Made by a program: the position numbers and the translations under genes. From positions 1-64,000 of IMG/VR virus record IMGVR_UViG_3300013023_000001: a stretch of DNA of 64,000 bases. One strand, 5' to 3'. Numbering within the stretch: the stretch's first letter is position 1; each line of letters begins with the position of its first letter. This document shows, piece after piece, positions 26,020 to 36,720 of the stretch. The notes under the pieces were generated by a model. That model was not told the DNA's origin, did no database searches, and saw only the letters and a list, made by a program, of their open reading frames with translations. Source of the DNA: a virus.

Positions 26020-27066
26020 ATGGGTGCTAATGGTAATAGGATTCAAACGCTAAGAAGTAATGCCACTCAACCTTACAGTGTAGGATTTCTTAACGAAACA
26101 GATAGCGATAAATATAACGTTGCTGTCTATGATGAACTAAATAAAATTAGTACATCAACCAATCAAATGTTTCAAGCTATAGATGATGTTAATAAAGAGA
26201 TTGAGAATAGGACTAAAGCACTTCAAGCTTTGAATTTACAAGTCAACTCTGCTATGGATAAGGTTTGGTTGGAGTTAGGTAGTGTTAAAGTTGAATTAGG
26301 GAAGAATATAACAGTCAGTGATATCATCGGGCCTGATGGAGAAAAGCTTGATGGGATTTTGGATGGTATTCAAACTACCATTAATGCTACTAACGGAAAG
26401 ATAACAACTATTCAAGGTGAACTCGTCTCTGCCAATGAAAGAATAGATGGTGTTATCACTCAAGTAGATACAATCAGTGGATCAGTAAGTCAGATTATTG
26501 GTGAGATAACTGATATCAACGGAACGATTCAAACTATCACTGGTCAAGTATCTAATGCTCAAGCAACCGCTAATGAGGCTTTAACTGTAGGTCGTGATGT
26601 TGATGGGAAGTATAACGCTCAGTGGGGAGTTAAAACTAATGTTGCAGGGCTACAAGGCGGTGTAGGTTTTTATAATGATGGGACTACTACATCATTTACA
26701 GTTAACGCTAACTCAATAATCTTTACTGATGGCAGTCAGACTGGTGGAACACCTTTCCAATTATCTAATGGTATCACTCAGATTAAAAATGCTGCTATTC
26801 AAGATGGCTCTATAACTAATGCTAAAATTGCTAATGCTTCTATAGATAATGCTAAGATAACTAATGGTGCAATTACTAATGCTAAGATATCTGGAGCTAT
26901 CTCTTCTGATAACTATAATGGTTATGTTGGATGGATTATAGATAAGAATGGTGGATTTCAATTAGGCAATGCTGATGGTTCTGGAAGGGTATTGCTTAAT
27001 GGGGACGGTTTATCCGTACTTGATGCTGCTGGTACATTAAGAGTTAGAGTCGGGAGGGTATCATGA
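26020..27066 (+). CDS. tail fibre/tip-like structural protein
   Basis: Coiled-coil repeats (ITTIQGEL, IDGVITQVDTISG). The C-terminal NAKIANASIDNAKITNGAITNAKISG repeat resembles those in tail tip/host-specificity proteins. Confidence 0.55.
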   Translation: MGANGNRIQTLRSNATQPYSVGFLNETDSDKYNVAVYDELNKISTSTNQMFQAIDDVNKEIENRTKALQALNLQVNSAMDKVWLELGSVKVELGKNITVSDIIGPDGEKLDGILDGIQTTINATNGKITTIQGELVSANERIDGVITQVDTISGSVSQIIGEITDINGTIQTITGQVSNAQATANEALTVGRDVDGKYNAQWGVKTNVAGLQGGVGFYNDGTTTSFTVNANSIIFTDGSQTGGTPFQLSNGITQIKNAAIQDGSITNAKIANASIDNAKITNGAITNAKISGAISSDNYNGYVGWIIDKNGGFQLGNADGSGRVLLNGDGLSVLDAAGTLRVRVGRVS

Positions 27067-28142
27067 GTTTTGGTTTAACTATACTTCCAGATGATAATAG
27101 AAAGTATATTGATATAAGTACATCAAGTAGGGTTCTCTCCAGTCTAGGGAGATACAGTGTTTATCCCACTGGAGGTATTGGTGATAACGTTAGGCAGGAT
27201 GTAGGAATAACTTCTAAGGTAACAGGAGGTGTTGCTGTTGCCATACCTACAAGAGCAGTTACTTTAGCTTTAGGCGGAAATTTCCCTAGAGTAAATGTTT
27301 TGACTGGTATTAATGTTTCAGGTTCAACAATGAGTGTATATGGTAAACAATCTTTTACTGGATCATCCGGGCCTAACTATTATGATATTAGTTTATTTGA
27401 AATACCTAATGCTAATTCTGGATTAGAAGCTTATGGTATAGCAATGTATGATTCTGTTAACTTTCTAGCCTTAACTGATGTAAGTCAGTTTGGATATGTC
27501 ACTTATGTAAATACCATAGATATAAATGGAGCTTGGTCAATACCAGACTCTGTTCCAAACAAAGGCTCTTGTGTAGTGTTTGCAAGATGGAATAATGGGG
27601 CAACTCCTATATATCACGATAGAGATGCGGGACAACTTCAAACATTCACAGGTTTTTCTTCTGCAAGTGGTTCAGTGCAAGGGGGTTTTGTTGGAGGGGT
27701 TCAGGTTGTTATTGTCTCTACTGGTTTTGTTCCGTCACCCCCTGCTAGCGGATATGGTATTGTTATAAGAAATGCAAGCGGTGTTATAACTTATTCCTCT
27801 AAATATGCTCCTGTTATTTGGAGAGGCGGTTATTTTGGTGTTCCCGGATATGTAGAGAATGATACAGGAGGAGCCTCTAAGATTCAGTGGATTGGCTCAA
27901 GTGGTAATGTCTCACAACCTATGGTTCCTATTGGAAGTTATGGTTTTCAATGTGGTGATTATTCAACTACAGGAACTTATCCACAGAAGGTTGCCCTTTA
28001 TTCTGGATTACTTATGAGTGGTAACTCTATTTCTACTTATAGGGCTAAATCTGCTGGTGCTTCTGTTTACTATTATCAGTATCCAGTGAGAGCGCAAATG
28101 GGATATAACCTACCGTGCTTGGATGCATCAGATTATTTCTGA
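27063..28142 (+). CDS. virion structural protein (359 aa)
   Basis: ATGA-coupled to the preceding tail gene. No motif recognised. Confidence 0.55.
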   Translation: MSFGLTILPDDNRKYIDISTSSRVLSSLGRYSVYPTGGIGDNVRQDVGITSKVTGGVAVAIPTRAVTLALGGNFPRVNVLTGINVSGSTMSVYGKQSFTGSSGPNYYDISLFEIPNANSGLEAYGIAMYDSVNFLALTDVSQFGYVTYVNTIDINGAWSIPDSVPNKGSCVVFARWNNGATPIYHDRDAGQLQTFTGFSSASGSVQGGFVGGVQVVIVSTGFVPSPPASGYGIVIRNASGVITYSSKYAPVIWRGGYFGVPGYVENDTGGASKIQWIGSSGNVSQPMVPIGSYGFQCGDYSTTGTYPQKVALYSGLLMSGNSISTYRAKSAGASVYYYQYPVRAQMGYNLPCLDASDYF

Positions 28143-28203
28143 TTTGGAACTATATTGTAACAGTAGGGATGAATAATATATAGAAACTTTAAAGGAGAGC
28201 TAG

Positions 28204-28995
28204 ATGACTATTCAAGCTAATTACGGAGCACTGATAAACAATGCTTCGGCTAGATATGGTATTCCAGCAGAACTTATCGCATCTGTAATTAAGACAGAAT
28301 CTAGTGGTAATCCTAATGCAGAATCAGGCACTGGCCCCGTTGGCTTAATGCAAGTCAGTAGGGCTGTTGCAAAAGATTATGGTTATGATCCTCAAGATAG
28401 ATATGATCCTGCTAAGAATATTGAAATGGGTGCTAGGTATCTAGCAGATAACTTAAGAACCTTTCAAGGTAATGTTCCTAAAGCTTTACTAGGATACAAC
28501 CAAGGGACAAACGGAGCTAAACAAATACTAGCTGGTAAGAAAGATTTACCAGATGAGGGTTGGAGATATATTCGTAATCCAAACTTTAGAAACTTTGTTT
28601 CTTCTAATGTTCCTTCTCAGTATTCAACTGCTGAGAATATTGATGATGTATTAAATCCTGTGGCTGCTTTACAGTCTAGGAAACCTTCTGACCAGTTTAG
28701 TCCTGCTCTGTTAGACAGGAATGTTGCTGCTGGAGCGCCTAATCAAGCGGAAGCTCAGATGGGTTCTGCTTTACCTATTACTTCTCAGTATGCTCCTAAT
28801 ACAGAAGATAACAATCAATCACAATGGGGTAATGCTGCTCTTGCTGCTTTATCCACTTTAGCTAATAGACAACCAACCTCAAAAACAGTGATAGGAAATA
28901 CTGGTGTGAGTTCTGGTAACTCTGGATGGAATAACGATACAAGACAAGTGATGGGAATCCTTAGTCGTATTGGTGCTCCTACTTGGACTCGATAA
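28204..28995 (+). CDS. internal virion protein with lytic transglycosylase (SLT) domain
   Basis: ELIASVIKTESSGNPNAES.TGPVGLMQV is the SLT catalytic Glu-Ser ... GLMQ motif. Confidence 0.8.
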   Translation: MTIQANYGALINNASARYGIPAELIASVIKTESSGNPNAESGTGPVGLMQVSRAVAKDYGYDPQDRYDPAKNIEMGARYLADNLRTFQGNVPKALLGYNQGTNGAKQILAGKKDLPDEGWRYIRNPNFRNFVSSNVPSQYSTAENIDDVLNPVAALQSRKPSDQFSPALLDRNVAAGAPNQAEAQMGSALPITSQYAPNTEDNNQSQWGNAALAALSTLANRQPTSKTVIGNTGVSSGNSGWNNDTRQVMGILSRIGAPTWTR

Positions 28996-29007
28996 AAGGA
29001 GAATGAT

Positions 29008-29967
29008 ATGGGCCTTTTCGGTGGCGCTGCAACTACTAAAACTAGTGTAAAGCCCTCTCAAGGTGTTGATGATCTGTTAAGACAGATTGCTAGTATGACT
29101 AATAACATGGACGTAGGTTCCTACATTAATCATCAGGTAGCTGGACTCAATGATACTCAACGCAATGCTTTAGACTCTTTGACTAATAACTCAGCTTTGA
29201 ATCAAGTATCCAATATGTATGGTGGATTGACTCAACAAGGTATTAATCAATATGGTGATGCTAATCAACTGTTACAGAGTATAGCTGGAGGTGGTGTTAC
29301 AGGTAATGATGTAAACAACTTCACTAGTTCAATGCTTGGTAATCAACTAAATAATAAATCAATTGCTCAAGGTACTAGCGCTGGTAATGCTGCTGCTAGT
29401 TTGGGTGGTGGTGCTGCTGTTCGTGCTGCTAATAGGGCTAACACTAACAATATTAATGCCATCACTAATAATACTAGACAGCAATCATTGAATGGGTTAG
29501 GTGCTAATGTTCTTCAAGGAAATAATGCTGCTAGTCTTTCATCTGCTGGGTTACTTAGTGGTATTGCTAATTCCAATATTAATCTCGGTAATCAGTCTGC
29601 TTCTTTATCTCAGAATGCTATGACTAATGCCCTTAATGCTGGTAATCAAATGCAAAACCAAACTCAGAAAGAATACCAGAATAACTGGCAGAATCAGATG
29701 GGAGCACAACAGTTCGATTGGAACCAGCTAAACAATAAACTCAATGTACTTAATTCACTGAGTCCGATGGCTGGATATGAAATGACAGGATCTACTCCCG
29801 GAATGGGTCAAGGTCAGCAAATTCTTGGTGCTACTCTTTCTGGCTTAGGTACTTATGGTAGCCTAGGTGGTTTCTCTGGAACTGGTAATAAGAATTTAGC
29901 AGGTCAATATACTAACCAATGGTTTAATCAGGGCGGTACTGGTGCTTTGAATGGTTTATTTGGATAA
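29008..29967 (+). CDS. Asn/Gln/Gly-rich internal virion protein (paralogue 1)
   Basis: Starts MGLFGG and has a Q/N-rich body with motifs ...QVAGLNDTQRNALDSLTNN.... Paralogous to 29979..30950. Confidence 0.6.
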   Translation: MGLFGGAATTKTSVKPSQGVDDLLRQIASMTNNMDVGSYINHQVAGLNDTQRNALDSLTNNSALNQVSNMYGGLTQQGINQYGDANQLLQSIAGGGVTGNDVNNFTSSMLGNQLNNKSIAQGTSAGNAAASLGGGAAVRAANRANTNNINAITNNTRQQSLNGLGANVLQGNNAASLSSAGLLSGIANSNINLGNQSASLSQNAMTNALNAGNQMQNQTQKEYQNNWQNQMGAQQFDWNQLNNKLNVLNSLSPMAGYEMTGSTPGMGQGQQILGATLSGLGTYGSLGGFSGTGNKNLAGQYTNQWFNQGGTGALNGLFG

Positions 29968-29978
29968 GGAGAAAATAG

Positions 29979-30950
29979 ATGGGCTTATTCGGTGGAGGTA
30001 GTAAGACGACTACCAGCCAGATGACCAGACCAGATTACATTCAGAATATGATTAACTCGTTAACTAATCAAGTTAATAATACTTCTAATGGAAGCTATGT
30101 CAATCAACAGTATGCTGGCTTAAATCAAACTCAACAAGATGCTTTGAATGCTCTGATTAATTCAGACCAATTAAATAAACTGTCTGGACAATTAATTTCC
30201 GGTGGCCAAGATGGTTTGAATACTTTAAACAGTGCATATTCACAAATACAATCCCTAGCTAATGATGGTATTAATGCTGATAAGATTAACAATCTTGCTG
30301 GTCAATTATATGACGGTAATTCTGTTCAAGCAGCTATTGATGCTACTAACTATGGGACGAAACAAAATTTAGCTAAGAATCAGTTAACTAACATTGCTCA
30401 GCAGACTATGCAAGATGGTGCTGGCGGTAGTGCTGCTAGAATGGCTAAAGATAATGCAAGAACTGCTGCTCTAAGTCAGATGCAGAATGATGCAAGCAAT
30501 CTAACCAATGAAGCTTATAATAATGCTGTAAACCAAGCTAACAGTATTCTCTCTGGTAATAGACAGAATCAGTTTAATGCTTTGGGTGCATTGGCTCAGA
30601 ATGGTGCTCAACAAGCTGGGCTTGCTGGAGTTGGTGCTAATATGGCTAACCAAGCAAATCTTAACGCATTGGGTGCTGGTAATATCATGCAACAGAATAC
30701 TCAGAACAGTCTTAACAATGACTACCAAAATGCTATGTATAAACAGAACTACGATTGGGGTCAAATTCAGAATATGCTTAATGCAGCTTCTGTTTTAAAT
30801 GGTGCTCAGGGTATGACAACTACTAGTAAAACTTCTGGTGGTGGTTCAGGAATGTTGGGTGGTGCTATGAGTGGTGCAGCCGCTGGTTCTGCTTTCGGCC
30901 CTTGGGGTGCATTGGCGGGTGGTGTTATTGGTGCAGCAGCATCATCTTAA
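29979..30950 (+). CDS. Asn/Gln/Gly-rich internal virion protein (paralogue 2)
   Basis: Starts MGLFGG; carries ...QYAGLNQTQQDALNALINS.... Gly/Ala-rich hydrophobic C-terminus (GPWGALAGGVIGAAASS). Confidence 0.6.
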   Translation: MGLFGGGSKTTTSQMTRPDYIQNMINSLTNQVNNTSNGSYVNQQYAGLNQTQQDALNALINSDQLNKLSGQLISGGQDGLNTLNSAYSQIQSLANDGINADKINNLAGQLYDGNSVQAAIDATNYGTKQNLAKNQLTNIAQQTMQDGAGGSAARMAKDNARTAALSQMQNDASNLTNEAYNNAVNQANSILSGNRQNQFNALGALAQNGAQQAGLAGVGANMANQANLNALGAGNIMQQNTQNSLNNDYQNAMYKQNYDWGQIQNMLNAASVLNGAQGMTTTSKTSGGGSGMLGGAMSGAAAGSAFGPWGALAGGVIGAAASS

Positions 30951-30956
30951 GGAGAA

Positions 30957-32642
30957 ATGATGGATACAATCTATTCACAGAGAACTGGCGCTAGCATGGC
31001 TATGCCTCAAGTCTCAACCAATCCTATGGCTTCTGCTCCTACTCGTAATAGAGTTGATATGAATAAGCTACAGGATTATCTTAGAGCTAACAGGGGGATG
31101 GTTCCCCCTACTCAGGATGTTCAACAACCTCAAGGTATTGACCTTCAAACCTTAATCAATAATGCTCAGGCTGATAATCAGGCTATTCAAAGACCTGACT
31201 ATGACATTAATCAAATGCCTCAGCAAGCCCCTCAACCACAACCGATTGATGTTAATTCTCTATTAAGTCAGATTGCTGGTCAAGGCAGTTTATCAGGGAT
31301 TGATGCTGGTCAACCTCAACCAACTAATGCTGGCCCAGAAGCTTTCGATAACGAACAGTCTATGGAACAGAATGGACTACTTCCAACTAATGCTCCTAAA
31401 GAGATTACTCAGAATCCTACTAATGATGTTACTCAGTTCTCTCAGGGTGCATTACAGAAAGGTTTAGCTGGAGTTGATATCGGTTTACAATCCAGAACCG
31501 CTTCTAACCCTATGGCTGCTGCCACTCAGGATTTAGATGCTAATCGGATTAAATCTGATATGGCTAAGATTGCTGATTCTAAAGATCCTAAAGCTACTTG
31601 GCAAGACGTTAAGAAAGATCCTTTCTATAAGAACTCTAACTTCTACACTGGTATGATGAATGTTGGTCTAGCAATTATGTCTGGTGCTAATCCAATGCAA
31701 GCATTCCAAGCTGGTTCTCAAGCAATGACTAATGCTGATATGAAAGACCAGTTGAGGGGTAATAGAGATTATCTGATGCAGATGTATACTCCAGATTCAA
31801 TTGCTGCTGCTACTGCTGCTGGTGATCCTACTTTACTGAAACAGAAAAGTATGTCTGATGAAGATAAGTTGGCTGCTGAGAATGCTATTTGGCAACAAAG
31901 AAATGATATTGCTAATAAGCAAGAACAGACTAGAGCGGTTAGGGATAATGAGTGGGCTAATCAGCGTCAGGATAAGATGTTGGCTGGACAAGAAGCAAGT
32001 TCTAATAGAATGCTTCAACGTCAGAAAGATTTACTCGATTATAAAGCTGAACTAGGTAAGCAAGGTGCAGATGCAGATATCTATGGTGGTCTTTCTGCTC
32101 GTCAAGTTGCTCCTATCACTGCTCAGTTTAGAACAGCTATCAATCAGAATGCTACAAAAATGATGGCTTTTAATAAAGGTGAGAGATTGATTCAGCAAGC
32201 ATCTGATGCTCTGGATTCAGGAGATTATAGTAAAGCTTCTGCTGCTTATCGTGAAGCTCAGGATGAGTTGGCTCGTGGTACTCTTGGTTCACAAGGTATG
32301 CTTGATCATGAACGTCGTGATGCTTTAACAGAGTCTCCAGCATTCTTAACAAGAAAAGCAAACCAAGCTTCACTTCAAGCTGGATTAGGCCCAACGAGAC
32401 AAGGCTTATCCTTTATGAAAGATCAGATTAAGTTGGCACAAAACGCTGAGCATGATGAACTTAATAAGCGTATGGATATCTCTGTACAAAGATTGATTGA
32501 AGCTGGTATGCCAGAAGATAAAGCTAGAAGATTAATCACTTCTTCTGTATCACTTGGTTTCGGTACAGGAAGTGGCCCTAATACTCCTAAGAAGCAAGGT
32601 GCTTTAAATAGTGATGATAATTCTTGGATGTATTCACAATAA
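30957..32642 (+). CDS. internal virion/ejection protein (561 aa)
   Basis: Gln/Pro-rich N-terminus. Position is analogous to podophage core proteins. No catalytic motif seen. Confidence 0.5.
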   Translation: MMDTIYSQRTGASMAMPQVSTNPMASAPTRNRVDMNKLQDYLRANRGMVPPTQDVQQPQGIDLQTLINNAQADNQAIQRPDYDINQMPQQAPQPQPIDVNSLLSQIAGQGSLSGIDAGQPQPTNAGPEAFDNEQSMEQNGLLPTNAPKEITQNPTNDVTQFSQGALQKGLAGVDIGLQSRTASNPMAAATQDLDANRIKSDMAKIADSKDPKATWQDVKKDPFYKNSNFYTGMMNVGLAIMSGANPMQAFQAGSQAMTNADMKDQLRGNRDYLMQMYTPDSIAAATAAGDPTLLKQKSMSDEDKLAAENAIWQQRNDIANKQEQTRAVRDNEWANQRQDKMLAGQEASSNRMLQRQKDLLDYKAELGKQGADADIYGGLSARQVAPITAQFRTAINQNATKMMAFNKGERLIQQASDALDSGDYSKASAAYREAQDELARGTLGSQGMLDHERRDALTESPAFLTRKANQASLQAGLGPTRQGLSFMKDQIKLAQNAEHDELNKRMDISVQRLIEAGMPEDKARRLITSSVSLGFGTGSGPNTPKKQGALNSDDNSWMYSQ

Positions 32643-32659
32643 GTAAAAGGAGGGAGCTA

Positions 32660-35600
32660 ATGGCTTCTTTAAAAGATTGGAGTGAAATTACAGCATCTCC
32701 TATCTATCAAAACGCTAGTGATGACCAGAAAGCGGAAATGGAAATTAAATATAAAAATGCTGGGGGAGTAATCCCTCAAGCATCTAATAATGATTCCACG
32801 CTTCGTCAAATTGGCAGCTTTGTTGGAGACGCTGTTCAATCTGGTGCTAATACAGTTAGCCATGATGTTGCAAGAGGCTTGGCTGGATTAGTTCAGATGG
32901 GAGATAGGGCTGCTAATGCCGCTTTAGGTATGGAGCCTAGCTCTCTTTCTGCTTATGGTAGAAGAATGGAACAGAATGCTGACTCTACTTATAAAAAGCG
33001 TCAAGATGAAATTAAAAATGATTCAGCTAAAACTGTAGGTGAATATGGCGGTCGTTTAGTTGGTGACATTGGTTCTATGATTGCAGCACCTCAAATTGCT
33101 ATTCCTGCAATTGCTGCTCGTGAAACTGGTAACGCTTATGCTAATCAGAAAGATGGTGAAGAAAGTTTAGTTGATGCTGTTAACGTTGGTGGTGCTAACT
33201 ACCTTGCTAACTCATTACTCCCCGGTGCTGGTAGTCGTGTTGCAGAAGGTTTGCTTGGTCGTTCAATGGAAGTGGCTAAGGACGCTGGAAGAAATGCTTT
33301 GGTGGGTGCTGGAGGTGGATTAGCTACAGGTGCTGCTAGAGAAGCTAATGATAATCCTAACGCTGATGCTGGGGATATTATTGGCGGGGCTTTAGAAGAG
33401 GGTGCTACTAATGCTGCTTTCGGTGGTGCTTTTGGTGCTGCTTCTAATCTTCTGTCTCGTGGTGGTAAAGCTGCTCAAGCTGTTACTGAGAACATCACTC
33501 CTACTTCTCAGAGAAGAGTTGCAGATCAAGCAGAGCAAGTTGCTAATGCTAAGACTACAGATGATTTAGTAAATGCATATGCTAACTCTGGTCAGTACAA
33601 TGCAGTGCGTGGTAGTCAGATTCTTGCTGATAGAGGTGTTCCTCTTTTAGATAGTCGTCTTGCTAATGATGCTGATGGTATGGCTGCTTTCGGTAAAACA
33701 GAAAGTGATGTTATCAATTCTATGGATGCTCATAGAGATTCAGCTACCAATACAATGATTCCTTTTGTTACTAATAAAGCAGATAGCGGTAAAATGTCTG
33801 TTACTCGTAATGAAATTGAACGTGGTGGTAAGTCTCTTGTTGGTGATGTAACTACTAATCTGGATGCAACTAAGAATAATGTAGACCGTATGGTTGAGAA
33901 GTTAAATAACTATTACGGTGAAAGAGCTACAGATCCCGGCAGTTATGGTTCTGCTATCAGAGAAGAACTAACTCCAATCAATAACTTTAAACAGGCTTAC
34001 GGTGATTATGTTACTGCCATGAAGCGTGATAAAGGTCAGGATAATAATACTTTCAATGAAACCTTAACAAGAGCTAAAGAAGCACAGGATGCTTTTGATG
34101 CTACTCCAGATTACTTTAAGAATGATTTCTTGAAACAGTATAAAGGTGTGGAAGGTTTTACAGAAGGTTTTAATCCTGTTGCACATGCTGCTGAATATAA
34201 TGCTGCCTACCAACAACTTCATAATATGCATCCTAGTTTTAGAAATGCAACTACTAACCCAACTCAAGGAAGAAACGCTGATAACGTTCCTAAGAGTATT
34301 CTTGATGTTGTAGGAACTACTAAAGATGCATTGCTATCTGGTAGAGCACGTTCTAAGTTAAGAGCAGAGAAAGATAGAAACTTAGCTCAAGTGCAAGAGC
34401 TTGCAAGAAATGATTTGGCTGTTGCTAGAAGTCGTGATGCTACACAAGCTGCTAGACAGGAAATGGAATCTACTCCAATAGAAGATACCACACCTGAGAT
34501 GCAATACAGTGAGCCAGAAGCTGCTCCACAAGAGCCAGTAGAGACTACTAGGCCACAACCAGACCAAACGCTTGTACGCTCTCCTAGACAGCCTGAGCCT
34601 GTTATTGACCAACCTGTACCTGAGCAAGAAATAGTTGCTCCTACTAGAGAGCCAGACCAACTGTTGACACGTAGACCAGAAAGACCTGAGCCAGTAGCTG
34701 AACAACAGCCTGCTCCTGAAACTACTGTGACGGAAACTCCTGAACCTGTTCAGAGAGAAGTTGATCAAGAGATGGTAAGAACCCCTAGACAGCCTGAAAG
34801 ACAGGAACCGGTAGTACAGGAAGAAGCTCCTGTTGAACCTGTAAGAACTGTAGATCAAGAAATGGTTAGAGAACCTACTCGTCCTACTAGAGAAGAAACT
34901 CCTGTAGAAGAACCTGCTCCAGTACAACAAGAAGCTCCTGCTGTAGAGCAACCTAGAGAAGTAGACCAGACGCTCGTCAGACGTCCTGAGAGGAGAGTAC
35001 AGGAAGAACCGGTAGCTGAGCCTGCCTCAGAACCAGAAGCTCCTACAAGCACTCCTAGAGACGTTCTCGACTTCCAGACTGGTGCTGTTAAGTCCATCGA
35101 ACAGAGACAGCTTAATGCTGTTAAGAATAGATTTACCACTGATGAAGTTAAAAATCAGATAACTCCAGAGAATATGAATGACCCTAACTTCTTGCAGCAA
35201 ATGAGACGTGAGGATGTCGCTAATAACGTAGATGCTCTGCATCACTCTGTAGAACAGGTAAATAAGGCTCGTAAAGTTCGTGAGGCTAAACAACATACTC
35301 TCAATATGGCGGAATTGGAATCTTGGAGTAAAGACTTTAACATTCCTTGGGATTTTGTTAACGAGGCTATCCGTTCTAAAGGTTTAACTCACTCTAACAT
35401 TCTTGGTGTGAATGATATTAAAGTTCGTGCTGAGAAAGCTTATGAGAGGTCTTTAAAACCTAAAGCAGATGGTACAGTTGAATCTACTCCTACACAAGAA
35501 ACAGTTAACTGGTCAGATCAAAGAAATAATTTCTTCGATGATGTTAGTAATAAACACCCTGAAATTCAGAAAGCAGTTATGCCTTTGATTCAGCAAGCGT

Positions 35601-36712
35601 TTAAAGCATCAGAGAAAACTAATACTCCTTTGACTCCATCAGAAACTCGTGCTCTTTGGAAAAAGATTTTCAACCAAGAAGAAGTAGTGAATAAGAGATT
35701 AGGTAAGCAAAAAGAAGCTGAGGAAGCTAAGAAGAAAGCGGAAGAGATGGAACAGTCTGCTCAATCTAAAGCTGATGAAGCTAAAGCTGCTCAAGAAAAA
35801 GCTGCTAAAGCTGCTGAGACTAATAAGAAAATTCAGGACTTGCATGACCTGTCAGTTCAGACTGATAAGATTGCTAGTGATATGAAGAAAGAGTTCTCTG
35901 CTGATGCTGATCCTAAAGATGTTCAAGACTTCATCGACGCTTATATGGATAGAAACTTCACTGTCATCCGTCAGCCTTTGGCTCAAGGTAGATATGAAGA
36001 AGCCTATACAAAAGCTCGTAATGCTGCTGAACGTTTCAACAGAAAGCTACAGAAAGACATGACACCTGCTGAGAAAGAGATGGAAATGGCTGGAGCTACA
36101 GGCCCATTATCTGAGGCCAACCCTGAGCTTGATGCGCTGCATAAAGAAATTGATGCTCTTAAAAAGAAAATCAAAGAATCTAAACCAGCGGATGTTAAAG
36201 AAACTCAGGATGCTGTAAGTGGTGAGATTGTAGACCGTGCTGAGAAAGCGCTGAAAGATGGGGATAACTTAGATGAAGTGGTTCAAGCTGCGGAAGTGTT
36301 ATCTAAAGTATATTACGGAGAAAATTCACCTGCTGGATATTCTTTAAGACAATATGCTAAGATGATGCAGAAGTCTAAATCATATTCTGATATGTATCCA
36401 AATCAACCTGCACTTTGGTTATCAAGTGAAGATGTTGCTAATATTGCTAAGAGTAATAGTCCACATGCAAACGGACTCAAATCTAAATTGGTTAGAACTG
36501 TTCTGGATAAGAACCCAGATGAAGTGAAGTTAATGACTAATAAAGATAGGGAAGAGTATGCTAAGGCTGTTGACGCTGGTAAGATTACTAAACAGATTCC
36601 GTTGTCAAAGGTAGGACGTGCTGCACTTCTGGATGTTAATAATAGTCAGAAAGTGAAGATTAAGAGAAGGGGTTTACAAAGACCTCGTAAACTTAATTTG
36701 AGAAGAGACTAA
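32660..36712 (+). CDS. large internal virion/ejection protein (1350 aa) with Pro/Glu-rich repeats
   Basis: Start at 32660 follows AAAGGAGGGAG. Largest gene and last in the late arm. Five DQxLVRxPxRP repeats lie at about 34570-35000. No polymerase motifs seen. Confidence 0.6.
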   Translation: MASLKDWSEITASPIYQNASDDQKAEMEIKYKNAGGVIPQASNNDSTLRQIGSFVGDAVQSGANTVSHDVARGLAGLVQMGDRAANAALGMEPSSLSAYGRRMEQNADSTYKKRQDEIKNDSAKTVGEYGGRLVGDIGSMIAAPQIAIPAIAARETGNAYANQKDGEESLVDAVNVGGANYLANSLLPGAGSRVAEGLLGRSMEVAKDAGRNALVGAGGGLATGAAREANDNPNADAGDIIGGALEEGATNAAFGGAFGAASNLLSRGGKAAQAVTENITPTSQRRVADQAEQVANAKTTDDLVNAYANSGQYNAVRGSQILADRGVPLLDSRLANDADGMAAFGKTESDVINSMDAHRDSATNTMIPFVTNKADSGKMSVTRNEIERGGKSLVGDVTTNLDATKNNVDRMVEKLNNYYGERATDPGSYGSAIREELTPINNFKQAYGDYVTAMKRDKGQDNNTFNETLTRAKEAQDAFDATPDYFKNDFLKQYKGVEGFTEGFNPVAHAAEYNAAYQQLHNMHPSFRNATTNPTQGRNADNVPKSILDVVGTTKDALLSGRARSKLRAEKDRNLAQVQELARNDLAVARSRDATQAARQEMESTPIEDTTPEMQYSEPEAAPQEPVETTRPQPDQTLVRSPRQPEPVIDQPVPEQEIVAPTREPDQLLTRRPERPEPVAEQQPAPETTVTETPEPVQREVDQEMVRTPRQPERQEPVVQEEAPVEPVRTVDQEMVREPTRPTREETPVEEPAPVQQEAPAVEQPREVDQTLVRRPERRVQEEPVAEPASEPEAPTSTPRDVLDFQTGAVKSIEQRQLNAVKNRFTTDEVKNQITPENMNDPNFLQQMRREDVANNVDALHHSVEQVNKARKVREAKQHTLNMAELESWSKDFNIPWDFVNEAIRSKGLTHSNILGVNDIKVRAEKAYERSLKPKADGTVESTPTQETVNWSDQRNNFFDDVSNKHPEIQKAVMPLIQQAFKASEKTNTPLTPSETRALWKKIFNQEEVVNKRLGKQKEAEEAKKKAEEMEQSAQSKADEAKAAQEKAAKAAETNKKIQDLHDLSVQTDKIASDMKKEFSADADPKDVQDFIDAYMDRNFTVIRQPLAQGRYEEAYTKARNAAERFNRKLQKDMTPAEKEMEMAGATGPLSEANPELDALHKEIDALKKKIKESKPADVKETQDAVSGEIVDRAEKALKDGDNLDEVVQAAEVLSKVYYGENSPAGYSLRQYAKMMQKSKSYSDMYPNQPALWLSSEDVANIAKSNSPHANGLKSKLVRTVLDKNPDEVKLMTNKDREEYAKAVDAGKITKQIPLSKVGRAALLDVNNSQKVKIKRRGLQRPRKLNLRRD

Positions 36713-36720
36713 AACGAAGA

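Noticed and set aside
32660-36712. N4-like virion RNA polymerase, considered for the largest virion gene.
   Set aside because: At 1350 aa it is far smaller than N4-type vRNAPs. I see no T7-like RNAP catalytic motifs. The composition (Ala/Gly-rich N-terminus, Pro/Glu repeats, Lys/Glu coiled coils) fits an ejection/core protein.
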